The notes under the pieces are model-generated. The model worked only from the letters and a program-made list of their open reading frames with translations. It was not told where the DNA came from and searched no databases. Position numbers and translations under genes: made by a program. A stretch of DNA of 64,000 nt from Candidatus Enterousia sp. GTDB lineage: Bacteria; Pseudomonadota; Alphaproteobacteria; Rs-D84. Of the stretch, positions 9,476-16,668 are shown piece after piece (position 1 is the first letter of the stretch; each line of letters starts with the position of its first letter). The DNA is taken from the NCBI GenBank assembly GCA_045646625.1, contig JAZRLB010000013.1:22310-86309 (forward strand), read 5' to 3'.

Positions 9476-10009
9476 ATGGACGATGTGGCAAAAATAAAAA
9501 AAGAAACACAATATCAAACGTTGCTGTATTTAATTAATCAAATTGTAGGACGCAAAAATCTGCGACTGTGCGACTATGTCCGTCACAGCAGATTGCTTTA
9601 TATGCTGATGTTGGAATATGCCTCGCTGTGCAAAGACCTTAAAATACCTGGCAAATCACCTATGGGGGAATTGGATTTTACACGATACGAACAGGGTCCA
9701 GGTGAAGAATTTTATTATGAAAACTATGATTTAATTTATCACGACATTAAATCTGGACACGTTCCTGTATTTAACAACACGCCCTTTTTGCCAAGCGAAC
9801 GCGTACCTTTGGATATGGCGTGCAAAAATACACGACGCCTTTACAGCAATGCCTCAACGGAAATGCTGAATTATTTCATTATGTCGGAATTACCATATTC
9901 AAGAAAATTGGAATTCCTGGAAACATATAAAATGCGATTTAATCGCCAGGAATTTTTGCGTGAACTGAATGCTTTTATGCGAAAGCGCGCAATGTTTTAT
10001 TCCAAATAA
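9476..10009 (+). CDS. hypothetical protein (177 aa), possibly Panacea/DUF4065-like
   Basis: AAAAGGG Shine-Dalgarno-like sequence upstream. The central segment SRLLYMLMLEY...FTRYEQGPGEEFY loosely resembles the KLxKLLY...GPV core of DUF4065. Weak call. Confidence 0.5.
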   Translation: MDDVAKIKKETQYQTLLYLINQIVGRKNLRLCDYVRHSRLLYMLMLEYASLCKDLKIPGKSPMGELDFTRYEQGPGEEFYYENYDLIYHDIKSGHVPVFNNTPFLPSERVPLDMACKNTRRLYSNASTEMLNYFIMSELPYSRKLEFLETYKMRFNRQEFLRELNAFMRKRAMFYSK

Positions 10010-10010
10010 A

Positions 10011-10036
10011 ATACCGGCAATTGCCGGTATTTTTAT
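10011..10036. terminator. bidirectional terminator (perfect 20-nt palindrome) between the 177-aa gene and the tRNA-Val 3' end
   Basis: ATACCGGCAATTGCCGGTAT followed by TTTTTAT, with an A-rich stretch on the other side. Confidence 0.7.
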
Positions 10037-10039
10037 ATC

Positions 10040-10116
10040 TGGTGGGTGGTATTGGACTCGAACCAACGACCTTTACGATGTCAACGTAACGCTCTAGCCA
10101 ACTGAGCTAACCACCC
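10040..10116 (-). tRNA. tRNA-Val (anticodon GAC)
   Basis: Reverse complement GGGTGGTTAGCTCAGTTGGCTAGAGCG-TTACG-TTGACAT-CGTAA...GTTCGAGTCCAAT-ACCACCC-ACCA. Hand-folded cloverleaf with encoded CCA. Confidence 0.92.
10075..10116. repeat. attL-type direct repeat, equal to positions 1-42 of the intact tRNA-Val
   Basis: ACGATGTCAACGTAACGCTCTAGCCAACTGAGCTAACCACCC. Confidence 0.85.
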
Positions 10117-10228
10117 AAAACTTTACACTGACAGGATTTTTTTAGATTTGTACTGTATTGGGCTTTTTTGGTGTTTGTATCTTTGTTGCTACATCCTGCT
10201 ATGAAACGTCCAAAGATGCTACATAGCC

Positions 10229-10249
10229 TGCTCCAAAAATGCTCCAAAA
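10229..10249 (+). promoter_or_regulatory. tandem TGCTCCAAAA repeats (candidate integrase arm-type sites), left end of island
   Basis: TGCTCCAAAA at 10229-10238 and 10240-10249, 11-bp register. The same decamer pair recurs at 20811-20831. Confidence 0.55.
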
Positions 10250-10404
10250 CCAAATCTGCTTACCCAAACCTGTTCTGTGCGTAGGCTATAATAGCAGAAA
10301 AAAGCAGTTTGTAAACATAAAAATGCAATTTTGCTTATCAAGGTTAGTTCTTACAAAAATAATTAGAAAATAACAAAGGCATAAAATAAACAAAGGAGAA
10401 AAAT

Positions 10405-10617
10405 ATGCCAAGAATGATAATCGGATATTATCCAGTAAAAGAAGTTATGGCCTTGGGGGCAAAATATTGGGAAGACATGGTATGTGTAGCGGAGTGCCTA
10501 AGGATGCCTGTAGACCCATCTGTCAAAAGAGTTATCGAAGATTTGAAACGTGGGAGAGAAATTACGTTAGGACAAGCGAATAAAATGTTCAAATTCAGAG
10601 AAACGACAGGATTGTGA
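10405..10617 (+). CDS. hypothetical small protein (70 aa), island-encoded
   Basis: Strong AAAGGAGAA Shine-Dalgarno 6 nt upstream of the ATG. Followed by two hairpins. Confidence 0.55.
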   Translation: MPRMIIGYYPVKEVMALGAKYWEDMVCVAECLRMPVDPSVKRVIEDLKRGREITLGQANKMFKFRETTGL

Positions 10618-10665
10618 TTATTGCTTAAGCAATAAGCTTTTCAAGGGCGCTTTATGGCGCTCTTG
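10618..10665 (+). terminator. two consecutive hairpins after the 70-aa ORF (terminator-like, no clear T-tract)
   Basis: TTATTGCTTAAGCAATAA palindrome (10618-10635) and a 9-bp stem CAAGGGCGC/GCGCTCTTG (10642-10665). Confidence 0.4.
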
Positions 10666-10886
10666 AGGTCATTGCGCATGAATTTGCAGTGTATGAAGAG
10701 GTATATAAAGAACTGACAGCGAGTTGTTTATATATCTTCGCGTTATGCATACATCTTATCAAGATACGCATGATAGTGAAAAACCGCTTTTGGGTATTGT
10801 GTGGTTCATCCCGCGGTCTCAAAAACGTGTATCAATACCAAAATCTGGTAAGTATATTTTTATACCCAAAACAAAATGGAGAAAAA

Positions 10887-11657
10887 ATGGAAAATCAAGA
10901 AGAAACAAAGATTGTAGAATGGTTAGAAAGTCTAGAATTTACTCATTCGATGTCTTTACAGTTACCATTTTGTATAAAAACACACAAGCTTGAAACAACA
11001 AAGACTTATATACGAAAATTTATGAAGGATTTTGAATTGGGGATTATTTATAAAAAGTACAATCAACAAAAAAATAATAAAATCAAAGATACAAATGACT
11101 GGCAAAGAAGACTTGTTGATTTTGTTGTGTTTTTTGAAAATCATGAAATTTATTATACACCATACCATTGTCATATATTGTTGAACATGAAAAAGAAAAA
11201 TGGTGTTATGTATTCTGAAGAAGAAATTCACTTAGCTTTGGAATACGCTAAGGAAAAATTCGCCAAAATGTTATCAAAAAAAGAAGGCTCTGTAACAGCT
11301 GAAGAGATAAAAAAGTTATTGGTGAATTATGATATCAGACAGATAAACCCTTTGGATAGCATTTTTCATTATGATATCAAAGAATTTGTTCAATGTAATA
11401 AGATTACTTCTATTGATAGATTAGAAGATGCTGTTACTTTGTTAGGTGTAACTAGACGTAAAAGGTCTGCAAAAGAACGGAAAAATCCAGAAAAAGAAGA
11501 AGTTGTAAAACCAGTCAAGAAGCCATTCTGCAGTGTGTTTAGGTTGTTGAAAAAAGCACTATGCCCAACGAAGCTTCTGAATGGCGTAGTTGGGCAGATG
11601 TGCCAATTATCAATTAGGTATTTTGAGTTTATAACGGAAAGATTATATAAAACCTAG
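10887..11657 (+). CDS. hypothetical protein (256 aa), possible HUH-type Rep/relaxase-like endonuclease
   Basis: Start chosen at MENQEE, with GGAG 7 nt upstream. YHCHILLN fits an HUH motif (H-hydrophobic-H plus hydrophobic run). FHYDIKEF about 60 aa downstream fits YxxK. Basic C-terminal tail. Confidence 0.5.
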   Translation: MENQEETKIVEWLESLEFTHSMSLQLPFCIKTHKLETTKTYIRKFMKDFELGIIYKKYNQQKNNKIKDTNDWQRRLVDFVVFFENHEIYYTPYHCHILLNMKKKNGVMYSEEEIHLALEYAKEKFAKMLSKKEGSVTAEEIKKLLVNYDIRQINPLDSIFHYDIKEFVQCNKITSIDRLEDAVTLLGVTRRKRSAKERKNPEKEEVVKPVKKPFCSVFRLLKKALCPTKLLNGVVGQMCQLSIRYFEFITERLYKT

Positions 11658-11660
11658 TGT

Positions 11661-11849
11661 TTACAACCAATGGCGATGTCCGTACTTGTCAATGCGTATT
11701 TGCTTTCCAAGAGAAGAAATTACCATGATTTCACCTTTTTTATGAAAAGCACCCAATGCTTTTGGGAATATCAAATTCTTTCCGCCATTGCGCTTCACGA
11801 TTAGGTTATCATCTTTCCAACGATAATGCAGGTTACTTTTTTGTGCCAT
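11661..11849 (-). CDS. hypothetical small protein (62 aa) downstream of hsdR
   Basis: ORF on the same strand as the R-M operon, convergent with the Rep-like gene; the two ORF ends are 3 nt apart. No family recognised. Confidence 0.4.
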   Translation of the reverse strand: MAQKSNLHYRWKDDNLIVKRNGGKNLIFPKALGAFHKKGEIMVISSLGKQIRIDKYGHRHWL

Positions 11850-11923
11850 TGAACGCCCTCTTGGTTACTGTTATTAGAACTCAAAATGACGAACGATAGT
11901 GACTTGGGTTGACTTTCTTAGAA

Positions 11924-11953
11924 GGACATTTAACGTGCCAACGTTAAATGTCC
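11924..11953 (-). terminator. 13-bp-stem hairpin immediately after hsdR
   Basis: GGACATTTAACGT-GCCA-ACGTTAAATGTCC. The T-tract is weak. Confidence 0.5.
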
Positions 11954-11976
11954 GCTCCAAGTATGATTTGCCATGA

Positions 11977-14900
11977 TTATTTCTTTCCCAAATTAGAAAA
12001 AGCAACCTGTACCAGCATATCTTTCAAGAAATCCAGTTTATCTTTGTCGGACAGAAGCTCTTTGAAAAATTCATCGTTTTTAGCGTGCCTATCCATCATT
12101 ACATCGGTGAACTTTGTATCAAATTGGGTATTGAAAGCAGTTTTGTCTTTGTTTTGTGCTGATATGACTAGGTATGGGTCTTTTCGCATATCGTCAATAA
12201 CCTGTTCCAACACTTTGTCTTCACCAGAAAAACTTGTGCCGAACCGTTCGTTGAACTTTTCGATAATGGCTGATAGGGGTTCGGTTTTCTTGGTGCTGCT
12301 GCCTGTTCCGCCTACTACAGGTTTAGCTTTCCCGACTTTGTCTTCCAGTACGATTGAACCCTCTTCTTGTTTGGTTTGTTTGATGTATTCCAGAACTAAC
12401 TTGTTTGATAAATCCACACGTTCTGATTTACCTTTTCTCAGACATTTGTGCAGGAACTTACCGTAAACAAAGAACTTCTGTAAATCTTTATCCATCAGTC
12501 GGACAATCTGAATAATAAAGTCGTACATTTTGATAAAGTTGCCCAGCGCCTTTCTGAATTTATCTTGGTCTTCTGGTGTTTTCACATTATATCTATCCAT
12601 GGCAGGTTTCAGAATGGATGATAATTTACCAAGGTCTTTTTCTGTTTCCTTGCCTGAATAATAAATGTCGGCAAACTGCTCAATTTCATTCGGATAACAT
12701 ATCTGCGCATCCATCAGAACATTTTGCAGTTTATACAATTCATTCGGGTCGATTTCCTTTTCAAGAATTGTCTGCTGGAAATACTTTTGGAATGAGTTTT
12801 TGATGTCTTCGCGTTCATTTACAAAGTCCAACACGAATGTATCAGTTTTGCCTTTGGTGGTGCGGTTCAATCGGGATAATGTCTGCACTGCTTTTACGTC
12901 ATTCAATTTCTTATCCACAAACATGGTATGCAGCAACGGTTCATCAAATCCCGTCTGATATTTGTCCGCCACAATCAGTATGTTGAAATCGTTTTTGAAG
13001 TATTCCGGCAACTGTGTTTCCTTGATGTGCGCACCGGTCTTGTCTACATTCAACATAGTTTCCGTATATGTTTCGTGCGCATCTTTCAATTCCCCAGAAA
13101 AAGCGACCAAAACATCCACACCCTTGATTTGGTTCTTTTCTATCTGCTTTTTGAATTCTTTTAGATAACGAACTGCATGCAATCTTGACGGGGTAACAAC
13201 CATTGCCTTTGCACGCCCATTGATTTTAGCTGCTGTAACATTCACAAAGTGGTTCAGCATAATGGTTGTCTTTTGTGAAATGTTTGTCGGATGCAGGGTT
13301 TGGAATTTGGTTATTTCCTTTGCACCCTTGGCAGATTCCAATTGCGGGTCATCTACGGTCTTTTTTATCAATTTGTAGTAAGTTTTGTATGTCGTATAGT
13401 TCTGCAACACGTCCAAGATAAATCCCTCTTCTATGGCCTGTTGCATTGAATATACGTGAAAGGCCTTGTATGTTCCGTCCGGCTGCCTTGTTCCAAAGCG
13501 GTTCAGTGTCTTTGCCTTTGGGGTCGCGGTAAATGCAAAGAAAGATAAATTATCATGCTGACCTTGGGATTTTAGCGTGTTTTCCAAGGTGTCCATTTCT
13601 TCATCTTGTTTTTCTTCGGTCTGTGCTTCTTGTTCAGCAAATTTGTTCAGTGTTTCTTCTTCTGTATCGCCTAAACCCTGAATAACACTTGCTGCAGCCT
13701 TACCGGATTGACTGCTGTGCCCCTCGTCCGCGATAATGGCAAAAGACCTGTTTTCAGATACCAATTCCTTGTAAACAATCGGGAACTTTTGGATAGTTGA
13801 AATAATAATTGCTTTCTTTTCGTTGATTGCATTCTTCAGCTGTTTTGAACCGTCTTTGATTGGCTCAACAAGGCCGGTTGTATGGTCAAATTGTGTAATC
13901 GTATCCTGCAGCTGTGAATCCAAAACACGTCTGTCTGTCAAAACGATAACCGAATTGAATATCTTCTCGTTCTGGTCATTATGCAGACTGGCCAAATGAT
14001 ATGCCAACCATGCAATAGAGTTTGATTTGCCACTACCCGCACTGTGCTGAATCAAATAGCTTTTTCCTGCCCCATTTTGCTTTACGTCATCCACCAATTT
14101 TGTAACAACATCCAACTGGTGATAGCGTGGGAAAATCATCGTTTCTTTTTCGATTGCCTTGGTCTTTTTGTTTCGTGTGATTTGGATGTGCAGATACTTT
14201 TGAATTATTTCCATCAACATATCTTTACATAACACTTTTTCCCACAAATAAGACGTTGTAAAGCCATCAGGGTTTGCTGGATTACCCTTGCCACCGATAT
14301 TGCCCGCACCATTTGAACCCTGATTGAACGGCAAGAAAAATGTCTTTACACCATCCAGTTTTGTTGTCATGTACGCTTCATACAGGTCAACCGCAAAGTG
14401 CACAAACACCCTGTTCTTGAATTCGAATATTGTGTCTTTGGAATTTCGGTCAAATTTGTATTGGTCGATTGCGTTTGATGTATCTTGGCCTGTGAATTGG
14501 TTTTTTAGCTCCATTGACACAACCGGTATACCGTTCAAGAATAAAACAATATCAATGCTGTTTTCATTGGATACCGAATAATGCAACTGGCGTGTGCAAT
14601 GCAGGATGTTTTTGTTATACAGTTCTACATCTGCTTCATTCATGCTGTTATCTGGCTTGAAATAACACAGCTTGAATTCAATTCCCCTGTCTTTGAATCC
14701 TGTGCGCAGAATTTGCAATAATCCCTTTGGCGCTTGCTTGATAACTGTGTGCACCCTGTCGATAAATACTTCTTCGGGATTTGTTGGATACGTCTGGGTA
14801 TAGCGTTCCCATGCCTTGGGTTGAGTGTTCTTTACAAATTCAATCAGCGTATCTTTATCCAGTGCCAATTTACGGTCAAATTTATCCGGATTACCCTTGG

Positions 14901-14979
14901 CATAGCCACCCATATCAGATGTCAAATATGCTTCTATTGCTGCTTCTAAATTGATTTCTTTCAGGTTATCGCCGGCCAT
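11977..14979 (-). CDS. hsdR: Type I restriction enzyme, R subunit
   Basis: 1000 aa. N-terminal PD-(D/E)xK-like nuclease segment (IDIVLFLNGIPVVSMELKN), SF2 helicase motifs (HSAGSGKS, IIADEGHSSQSG, TLSRLNR). Operon context with hsdM/hsdS. Confidence 0.93.
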   Translation of the reverse strand: MAGDNLKEINLEAAIEAYLTSDMGGYAKGNPDKFDRKLALDKDTLIEFVKNTQPKAWERYTQTYPTNPEEVFIDRVHTVIKQAPKGLLQILRTGFKDRGIEFKLCYFKPDNSMNEADVELYNKNILHCTRQLHYSVSNENSIDIVLFLNGIPVVSMELKNQFTGQDTSNAIDQYKFDRNSKDTIFEFKNRVFVHFAVDLYEAYMTTKLDGVKTFFLPFNQGSNGAGNIGGKGNPANPDGFTTSYLWEKVLCKDMLMEIIQKYLHIQITRNKKTKAIEKETMIFPRYHQLDVVTKLVDDVKQNGAGKSYLIQHSAGSGKSNSIAWLAYHLASLHNDQNEKIFNSVIVLTDRRVLDSQLQDTITQFDHTTGLVEPIKDGSKQLKNAINEKKAIIISTIQKFPIVYKELVSENRSFAIIADEGHSSQSGKAAASVIQGLGDTEEETLNKFAEQEAQTEEKQDEEMDTLENTLKSQGQHDNLSFFAFTATPKAKTLNRFGTRQPDGTYKAFHVYSMQQAIEEGFILDVLQNYTTYKTYYKLIKKTVDDPQLESAKGAKEITKFQTLHPTNISQKTTIMLNHFVNVTAAKINGRAKAMVVTPSRLHAVRYLKEFKKQIEKNQIKGVDVLVAFSGELKDAHETYTETMLNVDKTGAHIKETQLPEYFKNDFNILIVADKYQTGFDEPLLHTMFVDKKLNDVKAVQTLSRLNRTTKGKTDTFVLDFVNEREDIKNSFQKYFQQTILEKEIDPNELYKLQNVLMDAQICYPNEIEQFADIYYSGKETEKDLGKLSSILKPAMDRYNVKTPEDQDKFRKALGNFIKMYDFIIQIVRLMDKDLQKFFVYGKFLHKCLRKGKSERVDLSNKLVLEYIKQTKQEEGSIVLEDKVGKAKPVVGGTGSSTKKTEPLSAIIEKFNERFGTSFSGEDKVLEQVIDDMRKDPYLVISAQNKDKTAFNTQFDTKFTDVMMDRHAKNDEFFKELLSDKDKLDFLKDMLVQVAFSNLGKK

Positions 14980-15410
14980 TATAACACTCCTTTTATACCC
15001 AGTTCTATACGCATTTCTGATGCAAACGCCTCTACCTTGTCTGCGATTTGGTTTGACATTTCTTCACGTTGTTTCTTGGATTTCATTTTAGCATAAACAG
15101 AACAAATTTCAGTATCTAATGTATAATATTGTTTGTAAATCTTTTTGGATGCATATATCAGCATTTTGCCCTGTAATTCATTGAACATTTCTTTGCACTG
15201 TTTAGGCCATTCGTGGTCGCGACAGTATTTATCATGTTCCATCAACACATGACATGCTTGAATATATAATTCTTCGCGCTTTTGTTGAATATGTGCCTTG
15301 CGTTCGCGTTTGTATCGCAGGCAGTCCAACAACCACGTAAAACCGCCTGTCATCAGTGCCCCAATAACAACCCCAAACAACTGCGAAGAAAAGAAATCAT
15401 TCCACAACAT
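14979..15410 (-). CDS. small membrane-anchored protein of unknown function embedded in the Type I R-M operon
   Basis: 143 aa. N-terminal hydrophobic helix QLFGVVIGALMTGGFTWLL, then a charged helical region with a Cys/His cluster (CHVLMEHDKYCRDHEWPKQC). The start overlaps hsdS by 14 nt. The stop shares one nt with the hsdR ATG (TAATG). Confidence 0.7.
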   Translation of the reverse strand: MLWNDFFSSQLFGVVIGALMTGGFTWLLDCLRYKRERKAHIQQKREELYIQACHVLMEHDKYCRDHEWPKQCKEMFNELQGKMLIYASKKIYKQYYTLDTEICSVYAKMKSKKQREEMSNQIADKVEAFASEMRIELGIKGVL

Positions 15411-16668
15411 CGACTATTTCCTTTTTACCGGTAACACATTCGTATATCAGTGATTTTTTATATTCCGTCATCAGTTCTATCATACGCTCACGCTTTTCCA
15501 CAATGCCATCAATCCGCGCGCACTCTCCATCCAAATAATCCGCAATGGCTTGTTGTTCAGTCATGGATATTTTTGGCAGAGGTACTTCAAGTAAATCTTT
15601 TGCGTTCAATGCACTTCTAACTCCCTCCCCACCCATGTAGTTGAATATTTCTTGGTAATACATATTCATGTAATAGTAATAGAAGAAACGATTGTCTACT
15701 TGGGTATTCTTCAAAACAATATATGCGGGGGATACGATTCCTGTGTACGGAGATAACCCTACTCGACTTGTTTTTACGTTTTCCAAATCAATCAGTTTGA
15801 ACACCAATTGGTTTTCTTCTAGCACTTGGTAGCCTTCAAAACTTTCTGGTTGCAGCCCGTCTGCGTCATCTTTGTCTCGTTTTATTACCCCATTCATGGT
15901 AAGAGCAAGACGCTCATAATCACCTGCCTGTTTACCTGCAACTTGTTTGTTATTTTGGAAAACGCGTTTGGTTTTTATGATTTCCCAATGTTCCGGTATC
16001 TTGCCTATCCATTCAATGCCGCTGTCTTTCATTGGTGCATCGAGGTTCAGGCCACGTGTAACCGCCTCGGTAATAACTGATTTCTTGTATTCTTTCAGCT
16101 TTTCAATTATCTGGCGCTGCTTTTCCACAATGCCATCAATCCGCGCGCACTCTCCATCCAAATAATCCGCAATGGCTTGTTGTTCTGGCATAGATATGTT
16201 TGGCAAAGGGACTTCCAACAAATCTTTCGCATTCAAGGCGCTTCTAACTCCTTCTCCTCCCATGTAATTGAATATTTCCTGATAGTACATATTCATGTAA
16301 TAATAATAGAAGAAACGATTATCTGCTTGAGTATTTTTCAAAACGATATATGCGGGGGATACTATGCCCGTATAAGGAGATAGTCCTACTCGACTCGTTT
16401 TTACATTTTCCAAATCAATCAGCTTGAACACCAGTTGATTTTGTTCTAGTACTTGATATCCATCAAAGCTTTCTGGTTGTAAACCCTCAGCATCATCTTT
16501 ATTTCGTTTTATTACCCCATTCATGGTAAGAGCAAGACGTTCATAATCACCTGCCTGTTTACCTGCAACTTGTTTGTTATTTTGGAAAACGCGTTTGGTT
16601 TTTATGATTTCCCAATGTTCCGGTATCTTGCCTATCCATTCAATGCCGCTGTCTTTCATTTCTCTCAT
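15397..16668 (-). CDS. hsdS: Type I restriction enzyme, S (specificity) subunit with two near-identical target-recognition halves
   Basis: 423 aa. Residues 4-183 and 213-392 differ at 7 positions by my count. Each half ends in the conserved QQAIADYLDGECARIDGIVEK region. ATGA overlap with hsdM. Confidence 0.9.
   Translation of the reverse strand: MREMKDSGIEWIGKIPEHWEIIKTKRVFQNNKQVAGKQAGDYERLALTMNGVIKRNKDDAEGLQPESFDGYQVLEQNQLVFKLIDLENVKTSRVGLSPYTGIVSPAYIVLKNTQADNRFFYYYYMNMYYQEIFNYMGGEGVRSALNAKDLLEVPLPNISMPEQQAIADYLDGECARIDGIVEKQRQIIEKLKEYKKSVITEAVTRGLNLDAPMKDSGIEWIGKIPEHWEIIKTKRVFQNNKQVAGKQAGDYERLALTMNGVIKRDKDDADGLQPESFEGYQVLEENQLVFKLIDLENVKTSRVGLSPYTGIVSPAYIVLKNTQVDNRFFYYYYMNMYYQEIFNYMGGEGVRSALNAKDLLEVPLPKISMTEQQAIADYLDGECARIDGIVEKRERMIELMTEYKKSLIYECVTGKKEIVDVVE
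15493..16659. repeat. tandem direct duplication inside hsdS (two 540-nt units, 627-nt period)
   Basis: Units 15493-16032 and 16120-16659. The unit ends are nearly identical (about 150 nt with 1 mismatch, and about 66 nt identical). The middles diverge mostly at synonymous positions. Confidence 0.85.

Noticed and set aside
10689-10886. Upstream 66-codon extension of the Rep-like ORF (the start at 10689 in the track).
   Set aside because: There is no Shine-Dalgarno at 10689, and the extension is hydrophobic or odd in composition. The ATG at 10887 has a GGAG at the proper spacing. The shorter form is preferred, though not proven.
15493-16659. Large tandem repeat that could have been mistaken for a CRISPR array, an IS element or an assembly artefact.
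   Set aside because: It lies entirely in frame within hsdS and encodes the two target-recognition halves. There are only two units, no spacers and no transposase. The diverged middle argues against an assembly duplication.
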